Part shown: positions 20,045-30,574 of the stretch, one piece after another | Layout of the letters: each line of letters opens with the position of its first letter | How positions within the stretch are numbered: the first letter of the stretch is position 1 | Source: Cyanobacteriota bacterium | GTDB taxonomy: Bacteria; Cyanobacteriota; Cyanobacteriia; PCC-6307; Cyanobiaceae | DNA: 64,000 bases | Direction: 5' to 3' | Assembly: GCA_046052125.1 (NCBI GenBank) | Contig: JBJOMY010000004.1 | Location: 96,001-160,000, forward strand | Notes under the pieces: generated by a model | The model's database searches: none | What the model saw: only the letters and a program-made list of their open reading frames with translations | What the model was told of the DNA's origin: nothing | Position numbers and translations under genes: made by a program

Positions 20045-20812
20045 ATGTCTGGCCCTTCGGCCCTCGGCACTTTGTCCCTCAGCGCATCAGCACTGGAGCG
20101 CCGCCGCGAGCTCGCCTTCATGGTGCTCGCTGGGTTGTTTCTGGGCACCATGGGCATGCTCAACATCCTTGGCCTCACCCGCTTTCTGCAGCTGGGCAGC
20201 ATCGGCTCCTGGCCTGTGGTGGTGGCGGTGGGAGCGCTTCCCTATCCGGTGACGTTCCTCTGCACCGATCTGATCAGCGAGATCTGGGGTGAAGAGCGCG
20301 CCAGCCAGCTGGTGTGGGTGGGCTTGCTGCTCAACGGCTGGATTGTGCTGATCCTCTGGCTAGGCGGCGTATTGCCGGGGCTTCCGGGTGCACCCGATCA
20401 GACCTTCTTTGCGGTTCAGGAGCTGGCCTTCGGCGCTGTGGGGGCCTCGATGGTGGCCTACCTGGCCGCTCAGTTCACCGATGTGCGCCTCTTCCATTTC
20501 TGGAAACGGCTGAGCGGTGGCCGGGCGCTGTGGCTGCGCAACAACGGCTCCACCCTGGTGAGCCAGCTGGTAGACACCACGGCCGTGGTGCTGATCAGCC
20601 ACTACGCCGCCCATGTGCTGCCGGTGCGGCCCGATGCGCCGGTGTGGCCCCAGCTCGGCAGCTTCATCGCCAGTGGCTATCTGTTCAAGGCTGTGGCAGC
20701 CCTGGCCGACACCCTGCCCTTCTATTGGCTAACCGCCTGGCTGCGGCATTGGTTGGTGGTGCCAGGGGCGGGCGCCGAGCTCGATCCAACTCCAGGCTCA
20801 CCTCTACGGTGA
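20045..20812 (+). CDS. Queuosine precursor transporter (YhhQ/VUT family)
   Basis: YPVTFLCTDLISEIWG, ASMVAYLAAQFTDV, WLRNNGSTLVSQLVDT. Confidence 0.9.
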   Translation: MSGPSALGTLSLSASALERRRELAFMVLAGLFLGTMGMLNILGLTRFLQLGSIGSWPVVVAVGALPYPVTFLCTDLISEIWGEERASQLVWVGLLLNGWIVLILWLGGVLPGLPGAPDQTFFAVQELAFGAVGASMVAYLAAQFTDVRLFHFWKRLSGGRALWLRNNGSTLVSQLVDTTAVVLISHYAAHVLPVRPDAPVWPQLGSFIASGYLFKAVAALADTLPFYWLTAWLRHWLVVPGAGAELDPTPGSPLR

Positions 20813-20818
20813 GCTCCC

Positions 20819-21571
20819 ATGAGCCCTCACGCCACCCTCTCCCTCGATCAATTCCTCAACGGAGGCTTTGATCTGCGCCGCCAGCTGGCTGATCACCTCG
20901 CCCTTGAGCTCGAGGAGCTGGAGCGCCGCCTGCCCCTGGCCACCGATGCGCTGGCCGCGGCCCATCCCGGTGCCTTTGCGCCCGATCAGGCGGAGGCTTT
21001 CTACGAAACCGCCGTGGGCACAGGGCATTTGCTGGAGCTGGCGGCCTGGCATCTGAGCAGTGCTGATTACATCGCCGACACCCTGCGCCTGCAGCAGCAG
21101 TTCGCCCGTGGGCAGGTGCTGGATTTCGGTGGAGGCATTGGCACCCATGCGCTGGCAGCGGCGGCGTTGCCTCAAGTGGAGGCGGTGTGGTTCGTGGATC
21201 TGAATCCGGAAAACCGCCGGTTTGTGCAGGCCCGGGCTGAGCGCTTTGGGCTTGCCCACAAGCTCCGCTGTTTCCGCGATCTCGATGCGCAGGAGCTTCC
21301 CGCCCAGTTCGACACGATTGTGTGCCTCGATGTGCTGGAGCACCTCAGTGACCCCAGCGCCCAGTTGGAGCAGTTCGCGGCACGGATGTCCCCCGCGGCT
21401 ATCGCTCTGCTCAATTGGTACTTCTTCAAGGGCTTCTCAGGCGAGTATCCCTTCCATTTCGATGATCCCCAACTGGTGGAGCGGTTCTTCCGCACGCTGC
21501 AGAGCCGTTTCCTCGAGGTGTTTCACCCCTTCTTGATCACCACCAGGGCCTACCGGGTGCTGGCCGGCTGA
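20819..21571 (+). CDS. Class I SAM-dependent methyltransferase
   Basis: VLDFGGGIG and CLDVLEHL motifs. Confidence 0.85.
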   Translation: MSPHATLSLDQFLNGGFDLRRQLADHLALELEELERRLPLATDALAAAHPGAFAPDQAEAFYETAVGTGHLLELAAWHLSSADYIADTLRLQQQFARGQVLDFGGGIGTHALAAAALPQVEAVWFVDLNPENRRFVQARAERFGLAHKLRCFRDLDAQELPAQFDTIVCLDVLEHLSDPSAQLEQFAARMSPAAIALLNWYFFKGFSGEYPFHFDDPQLVERFFRTLQSRFLEVFHPFLITTRAYRVLAG

Positions 21572-21596
21572 GGCCGCCCCGATGGGAACGGGCCAT

Positions 21597-21623
21597 AAAA
21601 AAGCCGGCACCACGGGTGCCGGC
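21597..21623 (-). terminator. Intrinsic terminator after rpmA
   Basis: GCCGGCACC-N3-GGTGCCGGC perfect stem; the A run on the plus strand is a U tail on the minus strand. Confidence 0.85.
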
Positions 21624-21663
21624 CGATTCAGCCTGAGCGAGCAGGCCTAGTGCGAGCTAACGA

Positions 21664-21927
21664 TCAGCCGACAGCCACGTTGATGCGCTTGCGGGTGCGT
21701 AGGCCACGCTTGATGGTGTCGAAGCTCACCACGCCGTCCACGAGGGCGAAGAGGGTGTCGTCGGAGCCGCGGCCAACGTTGTTGCCGGGCAGCACGGAGG
21801 TGCCGCGCTGGCGGATCAGGATCGAGCCAGCGTTCACCGACTCACCGCCGTAACGCTTCACGCCGAGACGCTTGGAGTTGGAGTCGCGGCCGTTGCGGGT
21901 GGAGCCGGTGCCTTTCTTGTGGGCCAT
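21664..21927 (-). CDS. rpmA: 50S ribosomal protein L27
   Basis: [24 protein letters not shown]. Confidence 0.98.
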   Translation of the reverse strand: MAHKKGTGSTRNGRDSNSKRLGVKRYGGESVNAGSILIRQRGTSVLPGNNVGRGSDDTLFALVDGVVSFDTIKRGLRTRKRINVAVG

Positions 21928-21966
21928 GGTTCAGAGGAGTGTTTGGTTGAGGAACGCTGCGGCTGA

Positions 21967-22332
21967 TCAGGCCAGGGCTTTGCCGCCCACGCTGATGGAC
22001 TTCACCATCACGCGGGTCAGCTCCTGACGGTGACCGTTCTTACGGCGGGTCTTCTTCTTGGGGCGCATCTTGTAGACGATCACCTTGGGGCCGCGGCGAT
22101 GCTCCATCACCTGCAGTTCCACGGTGGCGCCCTTCACGTAGGGCTGACCCACGTTGGCGGCCTTGCCGTCGTTCACCAGGAGCACGTTCTCCAGGGTGAG
22201 GGTGCTTTCGACGTCAGCGTTGATGCGGTTGAGGTCGTAGTAGCGGTTGGGCTGAACCCACACCTGGGTGCCTGAGGTCTCAACGATCGCGTAAGGAGCG
22301 GCGTCGGAACCGTTGCTGGAGGTCGTACTCAT
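21967..22332 (-). CDS. rplU: 50S ribosomal protein L21
   Basis: YAIVETSG...[21 protein letters not shown]; upstream of rpmA. Confidence 0.97.
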   Translation of the reverse strand: MSTTSSNGSDAAPYAIVETSGTQVWVQPNRYYDLNRINADVESTLTLENVLLVNDGKAANVGQPYVKGATVELQVMEHRRGPKVIVYKMRPKKKTRRKNGHRQELTRVMVKSISVGGKALA

Positions 22333-22500
22333 GGCGTGTAGGGCGTGGACAGGCTGACGGTGGGAGCCCCTGGGGTGACCCCTGGAGATCGTTCGTCATT
22401 TCGGCCTGCCGCACGGCAATCGAAAGACAAACAATGATCTTCCCCTTTTGCCCTCCGAACCGTCAACACTGTGGGCGTTGCCAGGCCCCGATCGCGGCGG

Positions 22501-23379
22501 ATGTCACAGCCGGCCCTCACGATTGCCTCGCTGTTGCCGGATCCGCGCGTGGAGCGGGCGTGCCGCACCTGGCTCAAGGGTGGCCGCTACCGGCTTGAGG
22601 ATCTCGGCTCGTTGCCCGACCCGATCCGCGAACTGCAGGAGCGGCGTGAACTCTTTGATGTGGTGCTGTTGCAGCAGGGGGTGCAACCTCCAGATGTGTT
22701 TGAGGGGCTGCGTCAGCAGGGGCTGCTGCTCCCCGCCGTGGTGATCGGTGAAGTGAGCGGCCGCGTCGAGTATCACGACGCGGAGGTGCACCTGCCTCAG
22801 GATCAGCTCGAGCAGATCGCCTACAGCGTTGATGCGGCCGTATCGCGCTTTCTGCGGCGCGGGCTGCCGGCTCCCGTCGGTGGCCAGGCTGATGGCGCGG
22901 CCACGGCGGAGACGCCGGAAGGCTGGCGCTTGCCTAATCGCCTCAAGGGCCGCCTTGGCTATCTGGGCGTTTTCTACAAGCGCGATCCCTCGCTGTTTCT
23001 GCGCAACCTGCCCCAGGAGGAGCGTGAGGAGCTGCTGCGCTCCCTTCAGCGCAGTTACCGCGATGTGCTGATCAGCTACTTCCGGGATCCGGCGGCGGCC
23101 AACCAGGCGATCGAAAGCTTCGTGCATTCCGCCTTCTTCGCAGATCTGCCGATCAACAAGGTGGTGGAAATTCACGTCGATCTGATTGACGCCTTCTGGA
23201 AGCAGCTCAAGCTGGAGGGGCACAAGAACGACTTCCTCCAGGACTACCGCCTCGCCTTGCTCGATGTGATGGCCCATCTCTGTGAGATGTACCGCCGTTC
23301 GGTCCCGCCCGATTTGCCTCTTGGGGGTGCCGAACTATCAGCCGACGTCAGCCAGTCCCAATCCCAGGAGGTGATTTAG
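22501..23379 (+). CDS. kaiA: Circadian clock protein KaiA
   Basis: RLGYLGVFYKRDP...DYRLALLDVMAHLCEMYRRS; ATG 22501. Confidence 0.96.
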   Translation: MSQPALTIASLLPDPRVERACRTWLKGGRYRLEDLGSLPDPIRELQERRELFDVVLLQQGVQPPDVFEGLRQQGLLLPAVVIGEVSGRVEYHDAEVHLPQDQLEQIAYSVDAAVSRFLRRGLPAPVGGQADGAATAETPEGWRLPNRLKGRLGYLGVFYKRDPSLFLRNLPQEEREELLRSLQRSYRDVLISYFRDPAAANQAIESFVHSAFFADLPINKVVEIHVDLIDAFWKQLKLEGHKNDFLQDYRLALLDVMAHLCEMYRRSVPPDLPLGGAELSADVSQSQSQEVI

Positions 23380-23727
23380 ATGAGCCCCCGCAAGACCTAC
23401 ATCCTCAAGCTGTATGTGGCAGGGAATACGCCCAACTCGATGCGGGCGTTGAAGACCCTGCGCAACATCCTCGATACCGAATTTCAAGGGGTCTATGCCC
23501 TGAAGGTGATCGATGTGCTGAAAAACCCGCAGTTGGCCGAGGAAGACAAGATTCTGGCCACCCCCACCTTGGCCAAGATCCTGCCGCCACCGGTGCGCCG
23601 GATCATCGGCGACCTCTCGGATCGCGAACGGGTCCTGATCGGTCTCGACCTCCTGTATGAGGAGCTCAGCGATGAAGGGTTGGCTGATCCTGTTGGAGAG
23701 GAGGAGGCCCCCGGCGGTTTGCTTTAG
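23380..23727 (+). CDS. kaiB: Circadian clock protein KaiB
   Basis: [14 protein letters not shown]...[13 protein letters not shown]. Confidence 0.98.
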   Translation: MSPRKTYILKLYVAGNTPNSMRALKTLRNILDTEFQGVYALKVIDVLKNPQLAEEDKILATPTLAKILPPPVRRIIGDLSDRERVLIGLDLLYEELSDEGLADPVGEEEAPGGLL

Positions 23728-23790
23728 CTCCCCTGATCGCCTGTGTTTTCAGTCAGATCCATCTAAATTCCCATCAGGCCCATTCGTTCC

Positions 23791-25326
23791 ATGCAGGACC
23801 CCACCGCCCCTAGCCATTCACTCTCCTCGGTGCAGAAGCTGCCCACCGGGATTGAGGGTTTCGATGACATCTGTCAGGGCGGTCTGCCGATCGGTCGCTC
23901 CACGCTGATCAGCGGCACCTCCGGCACGGGTAAGACCGTCTTCTCGCTGAACTTTCTCTACAACGGGATCCGGCAGTTTGATGAGCCGGGCATCTTCGTC
24001 ACCTTTGAGGAGTCGCCGCTCGATATCCTGCGTAACGCCGCCAGCTTCGGCTGGAACTTGCAGGAAATGGTGGAGCAGGACAAGTTGTTCCTGCTGGATG
24101 CCTCCCCTGATCCGGAAGGCCAGGATGTGGCGGGAAGTTTTGATCTCTCAGGCCTGATCGAGCGGATCAACTACGCGATCCGCAAATACAAGGCCCGCCG
24201 TGTGGCGATCGATTCGATCACGGCGGTGTTTCAGCAATACGACGCCGTTTCGGTGGTGCGGCGCGAGATCTTCCGCCTGATCGCCCGGCTCAAGGAAATC
24301 GGTGTGACCACGGTGATGACCACCGAGCGCATCGATGAGTATGGCCCCATCGCCCGCTACGGGGTGGAGGAGTTCGTGAGTGACAACGTGGTGATCCTGC
24401 GCAACGTGCTGGAGGGGGAGCGCAGGCGCCGCACGGTGGAGATCCTCAAGTTGCGCGGCACCACCCACATGAAAGGGGAATTCCCCTTCACGATGGGATC
24501 CCACGGCATCAGCATCTTCCCGCTGGGGGCGATGCGCCTCACCCAGCGCAGCTCGAATGTGCGCGTGAGCTCCGGTGTGCCGCGGCTTGACGAGATGTGC
24601 GGTGGCGGCTTCTTCAAGGATTCGATCATCCTGGCTACAGGCGCCACCGGCACTGGCAAGACGCTGCTGGTGAGCAAGTTTGTGGAGAACGCCTGCGCCA
24701 ACAAGGAGCGAGCGATCCTATTTGCCTATGAGGAATCGCGGGCCCAGCTGCTGCGGAATGCCACCAGCTGGGGCATCGATTTTGAGCAGATGGAGCGTGA
24801 TGGTCTGCTCAAGATCATCTGTGCCTATCCCGAATCCACGGGCCTTGAAGATCACCTGCAGATCATCAAAACGGAGATCGGTCAGTTCAAGCCTTCGCGC
24901 ATGGCGATCGATTCGCTCTCGGCCCTGGCCCGCGGCGTGAGTCATAACGCCTTCCGCCAGTTTGTGATCGGCGTGACCGGTTACGCCAAGCAGGAGGAGA
25001 TCGCCGGCTTCTTCACGAACACCTCCGAGGAGTTCATGGGCAGTCACTCAATCACCGATTCCCACATCTCCACGATCACCGACACGATCCTGCTGCTGCA
25101 ATACGTGGAGATCCGCGGTGAAATGGCCCGGGCTCTCAACGTGTTCAAGATGCGCGGTTCCTGGCACGACAAGGGCATCCGCGAATTCATGATCACCAGC
25201 AACGGCCCTGAGATCAAGGATTCCTTCTCCAACTTCGAGCGGATCATTAGCGGCGTTCCCCATCGGATCAACACCGATGAGCGCAGCGAACTCTCCCGAA
25301 TCGTTCAGGGTGTGAGCGGAGACTGA
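23791..25326 (+). CDS. kaiC: Circadian clock protein KaiC
   Basis: Two P-loops (GTSGTGKT, GATGTGKT) and the DSHISTITD phosphosite region. Confidence 0.98.
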   Translation: MQDPTAPSHSLSSVQKLPTGIEGFDDICQGGLPIGRSTLISGTSGTGKTVFSLNFLYNGIRQFDEPGIFVTFEESPLDILRNAASFGWNLQEMVEQDKLFLLDASPDPEGQDVAGSFDLSGLIERINYAIRKYKARRVAIDSITAVFQQYDAVSVVRREIFRLIARLKEIGVTTVMTTERIDEYGPIARYGVEEFVSDNVVILRNVLEGERRRRTVEILKLRGTTHMKGEFPFTMGSHGISIFPLGAMRLTQRSSNVRVSSGVPRLDEMCGGGFFKDSIILATGATGTGKTLLVSKFVENACANKERAILFAYEESRAQLLRNATSWGIDFEQMERDGLLKIICAYPESTGLEDHLQIIKTEIGQFKPSRMAIDSLSALARGVSHNAFRQFVIGVTGYAKQEEIAGFFTNTSEEFMGSHSITDSHISTITDTILLLQYVEIRGEMARALNVFKMRGSWHDKGIREFMITSNGPEIKDSFSNFERIISGVPHRINTDERSELSRIVQGVSGD

Positions 25327-27314
25327 GCCTGGTCGGAGCGGCGGCGTTCGGCCTCGAGCCTGAGTTCGTCGTCGTCAGCTTCCTCGAGCGGTAGGTCGAA
25401 CCAGAAGGTGGTGCCGACCCCGAGTTCGCTGGCCATGCGCACGCTGGTGCCGTGCTTCTCGAGGATGCCGCGCACGATGGAGAGCCCCAGTCCCGTGCCC
25501 ACTTCGGTATGAACGGCGTTCTCAACCCGGTAGAAGCGCTCGAAGATGCGCTCCTGGTCTTCGCGGGAAATACCTGAGCCGGTATCGGCGATCTCCACCC
25601 GCAGCCGCGGCAGCGGAGCGGTGAGGGCACAGTTGGGGTTGTCGTCGTTGGCGGCGGTGCTGGGATCGATCAGGCAGGTGTCGGGCCAGGGGTAGGCGCG
25701 CAGCATCAGGCGGCCGCCGCTGGCGGTGAACTTGAGGGCATTGCCCACCAGGTTGTCGAAGATCTGCAGCAGCAGATCCCAGTTGCCGCGCACGCGGGGC
25801 AGTTGCTCATCTACCTCCAGGGAGAGTTCCACCCCCTTGTCCTGGGCATTGAGGCGGTAATTGCGCAGGGTCTGCTCCATGGCGGGCCGCAGCTCCACCG
25901 GCTCCATGCTCCAGGCCCGATCGCTCTCCAGCCGCGAGAGATCGAGCACATCGTTCACCAGGCGCGTGAGCCGATCGGTTTCGGCGTTGGCGATCGCCAG
26001 AAATTCTTTGCGGTCTTCTTCGCTCAGCTGATCACCGAGGTCGTGGAGGGTTTCCACGTAGCTCTTGATGTTGAACAACGGCGTCCGCAGCTCGTGGGAG
26101 ACGTTGCTGATGAAACGGCTCTGGGCAGCGTTGAGTTCCACCTCGCGGGTGAGGTCCTGCACGGTGACGGCGATGCCCTTGAGGCTCTCGCCGCTCACAT
26201 CCCGGACTGACTGCAGAACAATTCGAAGGGTGCGGGCTGGTTCGCCGAAACTGCAACGCACATCGGTGCTGTCGCGCTCACCGCTGAGCAGGCTGTCGAG
26301 CGGGGCCTGCAGTTCCACCGCCAGCACCTCGGGCAGCTCCTCGCCTACCAGGGCCCCTTCGAGCTTGCGGCCCTCCCAGCGGAACAGGCGCCGGGCCGTG
26401 GGATTCACGAGCACCAGGCGCCCCTCCGCATCCAGCAGGAGTGCCCCGTCCGCCATGGTGGCGATCAGCGACTGCTGCTTCACCTGAGCGGCGGTGAGCT
26501 CCTCGATGTTGGCTTCGTTGTAGGCCTCGAGCTGGGAGGCCATGTCGTTGAACCCCTCGAGCAGCTCCCCGAGCTCGCCGCCCACGGGCAAGGCAATCCG
26601 GGCCTCGAAATCACCGCTGGCGATCGAGCGCACCCCCCGCAACAGCTCTTTCACCGGCTGGGTGATCGTGAGGGCGTTGAACACGGCCCCCAGGATCACG
26701 AGCACCCAGATCGAGATGAACACCGCCACTGTCACCTCGCGGCTGAGGGCAGCGCTGGCCAGGGCGGCTTCGTTGGGGTTGATGCCCAGGGCCAGCACTC
26801 CGAGGTAGCGATCGCCCGATACCAGCGGCACGAACACATCGGTCACTTGCCCATCGGGGCTGAGGTGCTGGCGGATCAGGGGGTTCTGGGGGCGGCGGGC
26901 TAGATCGGCCGGCAGCTCGAGTCGGCGACTGAGCAGCAGTTCACTGCCGCCGCTGCTGCCGCTGATGGGGATCCCGAGATAGATCACCCCATCGGGATCG
27001 GCGAAAAAGATGTAGCGGAGGCTGCGGCTGGATTTCCAGAAGCGTTCCGCCACCGCCGCCAGTTCCCGGTCGTTGCCTTCGGCCACGAGTGGCGTCACGT
27101 TGGCCGAGAGCAGCAGGCCCAGATCGCGGGCAAAGCGGGTGTCGCTCATGCGCACATCCGCCTGAATGCCGTTGAGGGCAAAGAAGCAGATCGCCGCCAT
27201 CACCAGGCTCACCACCAGGGTGGCGGCCGCCAGCAATTTGGTTTGCAGGCTGAATTCCGCCCACCAGCGGGCCAGCCGCTGCCACCAGCTCAGCGGAGCG
27301 GTGCCCGCGTTCAT
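25305..27314 (-). CDS. nblS: Sensor histidine kinase NblS/Hik33
   Basis: Two TM segments plus HAMP, PAS and HisKA (SNVSHELRTPLFNIKS) and HATPase (GTGLGLSI); DTRFARDLGLLL is typical of Hik33. Confidence 0.92.
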   Translation of the reverse strand: MNAGTAPLSWWQRLARWWAEFSLQTKLLAAATLVVSLVMAAICFFALNGIQADVRMSDTRFARDLGLLLSANVTPLVAEGNDRELAAVAERFWKSSRSLRYIFFADPDGVIYLGIPISGSSGGSELLLSRRLELPADLARRPQNPLIRQHLSPDGQVTDVFVPLVSGDRYLGVLALGINPNEAALASAALSREVTVAVFISIWVLVILGAVFNALTITQPVKELLRGVRSIASGDFEARIALPVGGELGELLEGFNDMASQLEAYNEANIEELTAAQVKQQSLIATMADGALLLDAEGRLVLVNPTARRLFRWEGRKLEGALVGEELPEVLAVELQAPLDSLLSGERDSTDVRCSFGEPARTLRIVLQSVRDVSGESLKGIAVTVQDLTREVELNAAQSRFISNVSHELRTPLFNIKSYVETLHDLGDQLSEEDRKEFLAIANAETDRLTRLVNDVLDLSRLESDRAWSMEPVELRPAMEQTLRNYRLNAQDKGVELSLEVDEQLPRVRGNWDLLLQIFDNLVGNALKFTASGGRLMLRAYPWPDTCLIDPSTAANDDNPNCALTAPLPRLRVEIADTGSGISREDQERIFERFYRVENAVHTEVGTGLGLSIVRGILEKHGTSVRMASELGVGTTFWFDLPLEEADDDELRLEAERRRSDQAQSPLTP

Positions 27315-28612
27315 CGGCTGCGCACCTGGTGGCCAATGTCGCGCCGGTAGGTCATGCCTTCGAACTGCACCTGAGCCAGGCCGGTGTAAGCCCGCTCAAA
27401 CGCGTTGTCAAAACTGTCGGCCTGCGCCACCACCGCCAGCACCCGCCCGCCGCTGGTGATGCAGCGGCCATCGGCCTGGCGTTGGGTGCCCGCATGGAAC
27501 AGTTGCAGGTCTTCGCTGCTGCGCAGATCGCTGGTGATCGGATCGCCCTTGCGGATCTCGCCGGGGTAGCCCTGCGCGGCCGCGATCACGCAGGCGCTGC
27601 AGTGGGGCGCGATGCTCAGCGCCGGCGCCTGATCCAGTCGTCCTGTGGCGCAGGCCAGCAGCACCGCCGCCAGCTCCGGGCCGAGCAGGGGCATCAGCGT
27701 TTCGCACTCCGGATCACCGAAGCGGCAATTGAATTCGATCACGCTCGGCCCATCGCTGGTGAGCATCAAGCCGGCGTAAATCACGCCGCGGTAGCTGATC
27801 CCACGGGCCTGAAGGGCCGCCAGGGTGGGCTCGAGCACCAGCTCGCGCACATGCTCGAGCCCTGCGGCATCGAGCAGCGGGGCCGGGGCGTAGGCGCCCA
27901 TGCCGCCGGTGTTGGGGCCGGTGTCACCTTCGCCGATGCGCTTGTGGTCCTGAGCAGGAGGCAGCAGCACCATCCGCTCACCATCGGTGAGGGCGAACAC
28001 CGACACCTCGGGGCCATGGGTGCGCTCCTCCAGCACCAATGAAGCTTCAGCGCCGAAGCGGCCCGCAAAGATGTCCTCGATGGCGGCGCGAGCCTCCTCG
28101 ATCGTGTCGGCGACGGTGACGCCCTTGCCAGCGGCGAGGCCATCGGCCTTCACCACCAGGGGCTTCGCCTGCGCCTCCAGGGCTACGAGAGCCTGCTCCC
28201 GGCTGTTGGCCTGCCAGTAGCCGGCGGTGGGCACACCGGCCTCCACCATCAGGGCCTTGGCCCACTGCTTGCTTGCTTCGAGCTGGGCTCCATCGGCGCC
28301 TGGGCCGAACACCGGGAATCCGGCCGCCCGAAGGCGATCGCCCAGGCCGGCGGCCAGCGGCGCCTCTGGACCCACCACCACCAGATCCACGGCGTGCTCG
28401 CGGCAGGCGGCGAGCAGCCCGTCGTGGTCGCTTTCGGCAATGGCCAGCTGCTGGCAGCCCGCCAGATCCTGGGTGCCGCCATTGCCGGGGCTCACCCACA
28501 CCTGCTCCACGCCGTGGCTGCGGTTGAGGGCCCAGGCCAGGGCGTTCTCGCGGCCGCCGCCGCCCACCACGAGCACGCGGGCGGGGCTCACTCCAGGGGC
28601 AGCGGTGCTCAT
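27311..28612 (-). CDS. purD: Phosphoribosylamine--glycine ligase
   Basis: VGGGGRENA, KADGLAAGKGV, GPNTGGMGAY, EFNCRFGDPE. Confidence 0.97.
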   Translation of the reverse strand: MSTAAPGVSPARVLVVGGGGRENALAWALNRSHGVEQVWVSPGNGGTQDLAGCQQLAIAESDHDGLLAACREHAVDLVVVGPEAPLAAGLGDRLRAAGFPVFGPGADGAQLEASKQWAKALMVEAGVPTAGYWQANSREQALVALEAQAKPLVVKADGLAAGKGVTVADTIEEARAAIEDIFAGRFGAEASLVLEERTHGPEVSVFALTDGERMVLLPPAQDHKRIGEGDTGPNTGGMGAYAPAPLLDAAGLEHVRELVLEPTLAALQARGISYRGVIYAGLMLTSDGPSVIEFNCRFGDPECETLMPLLGPELAAVLLACATGRLDQAPALSIAPHCSACVIAAAQGYPGEIRKGDPITSDLRSSEDLQLFHAGTQRQADGRCITSGGRVLAVVAQADSFDNAFERAYTGLAQVQFEGMTYRRDIGHQVRSR

Positions 28613-28679
28613 GAGGCAGCTTGAAACGGTGTCTGCTCCGGCGGACTCCCCTAGGTTGAGGCCAAGAGGACAGCCGCTG

Positions 28680-29780
28680 GTGCCTTCCCTTCTTTACACG
28701 CCGGTGGTTCTGCGTTCAGGCCTGTTGCTCGGGTTGATGGCCCTGCTCTTGGCCCCACCGGTTCGGGCCCAGGAGCTGTTCATCTTGAAGGTGATCGGCG
28801 GCTTCTTTGAACCCAAGGCGCCGGTGCCTGAACCCGGTCCGTCGGCGCCTGCCGTTCCCGGAAGCATGCCGGAAGCGCAGTTCCAGGAGCTGCTGGTGAA
28901 GGGGGATCTGCCAGCGCTCAACTTGGCCTGCGTAGAAGCCGATGGCTTCGGCTTCAACAAGCGCCTCCAGCTGTTGCAGGCCCGTCTGCTCGAGATGGCG
29001 CCAGCGCCCCAGCCGTTTCAGACCGTGCTGGTGAATGCCAATGCCCTGCTGAGCTGCCGGGCGCCGGATGGGGCCCTGGCGGTGCTCAACCGCTTCAGTC
29101 CCCGCGCCGGTGAGGAGCGCAACCAGTGGTTGGTGCAGCGCTGGCGTGCCGCCCAGGCCGGCCTGCATCACGGCCTGGCGGCGGAGACCCTCGAGGAGCT
29201 GGCTCAGGGCAATCCGGCCAGCCTGGAAACCCTCGCCCTGCCGCTGAAGCTGCGCGAGGACGGCACCGTGGCGACCCGCTCGGCTCTGGATGTTTACGTG
29301 GATCACCTGCTGGTGTTGGGCCGTCGCCGCGAGGCCGCGGCGGCTCTGCTGGCGGGCCAGATGCCCGGTCAGCCGATGGCGCAACGCTTGAAGCAGGCGG
29401 TGGCGCTGCTCAAGGAGCTGCCGCTGCAGGAGCGGGATCAGCTCCTCGAGCGCGCCCTCGATCAGGCCGCTGTCGCAGAGGCCTGGGGGCTCGCGATCGA
29501 GTTGCTGGATCAGCAGCGGGCGCTGCTCGAAGCGGAAGGGGTGGCTGCCAGCCGGCCGCGCGAGCGCCTCGAGCGGCTCAGCCAGCGGGTCGATGACGCC
29601 TACAGCTCCTGGCAGCTGGCACGGCAGGATTCTCAACAGAGCGAGCGGGCGGCGCAGCTGCAGCACCAGCTGCGCAGTCCACGCGCCGCCGGTGGCCACG
29701 CCGCCGTGCTGCTCGCCGCCCCGCCCAGCTCACTGCCCAGCTCCCCCTCCACCGCTTCACCCCGTCCTTCGCAGCCATGA
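28680..29780 (+). CDS. Hypothetical exported helical protein
   Basis: Signal-like segment [20 protein letters not shown]; stop overlaps the purC start (ATGA); GTG start inferred. Confidence 0.7.
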   Translation: MPSLLYTPVVLRSGLLLGLMALLLAPPVRAQELFILKVIGGFFEPKAPVPEPGPSAPAVPGSMPEAQFQELLVKGDLPALNLACVEADGFGFNKRLQLLQARLLEMAPAPQPFQTVLVNANALLSCRAPDGALAVLNRFSPRAGEERNQWLVQRWRAAQAGLHHGLAAETLEELAQGNPASLETLALPLKLREDGTVATRSALDVYVDHLLVLGRRREAAAALLAGQMPGQPMAQRLKQAVALLKELPLQERDQLLERALDQAAVAEAWGLAIELLDQQRALLEAEGVAASRPRERLERLSQRVDDAYSSWQLARQDSQQSERAAQLQHQLRSPRAAGGHAAVLLAAPPSSLPSSPSTASPRPSQP

Positions 29781-30532
29781 CCGCCTACAGCCTTGGATCG
29801 CTGCTCTACGAAGGGAAGGCCAAGCGGGTGTTCGCCACCGATCAGCCGGATCTGGTGGCGGTGGAATACAAGGACGACGCCACGGCCTTCAATGCCCTCA
29901 AGAAGGCCCAGCTGGCCGGCAAGGGAGAGCTGAACTGCCAGATCTCCTCGCGCCTGTTCGAGCTGCTGGAGCGTGAGGGCATTCCCACTCACTACCTCTC
30001 ACTGCAGCAGCCCAACTGGATGCTGGTGCGCCCGGTGCAGATCGTGCCGGTGGAGGTGGTGGTGCGCAACACCGCCTTCGGCTCCCTCTGCAAGCAGATG
30101 CCGATCGAGCCCGGTACCCCTCTCGATCCGCCACTGCTCGATCTCTATTACAAGGACGACGCCTTCGGCGATCCGCTGCTCACCGATGCCCGCCTGGAGC
30201 GGCTGGGGCTGCTGATACCCGATCAGCGCCGCGAGCTCGAGCGGCTGGCCATGGCCGTGAACGACAGCCTGCTCCGCTTCTTCGCCGGTATCGGCCTGCA
30301 GCTGGTGGATTTCAAGATTGAGCTGGGCTTCAGCGCCGATGGTGCCCTGGTGGTGGCGGATGAGATCAGTCCCGATACCTGCCGCCTCTGGGATCAGCAG
30401 GTGAGCGATGCAAGCGACCGAATCCTCGACAAGGACCGTTTCCGCCAGGATCTCGGCGGCGTGGTGGAGGCCTACGGGGAGGTTCTCAAACGGGTCCAAG
30501 CGGCATGTCCCCCACCCCGTTCAGGCAAGTAA
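29777..30532 (+). CDS. purC: SAICAR synthase
   Basis: [36 protein letters not shown]. Confidence 0.97.
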   Translation: MTAYSLGSLLYEGKAKRVFATDQPDLVAVEYKDDATAFNALKKAQLAGKGELNCQISSRLFELLEREGIPTHYLSLQQPNWMLVRPVQIVPVEVVVRNTAFGSLCKQMPIEPGTPLDPPLLDLYYKDDAFGDPLLTDARLERLGLLIPDQRRELERLAMAVNDSLLRFFAGIGLQLVDFKIELGFSADGALVVADEISPDTCRLWDQQVSDASDRILDKDRFRQDLGGVVEAYGEVLKRVQAACPPPRSGK

Positions 30533-30574
30533 GTTCGGCGGAATTTGCGGCATCGCCGCACCTTCGCTGTACCC

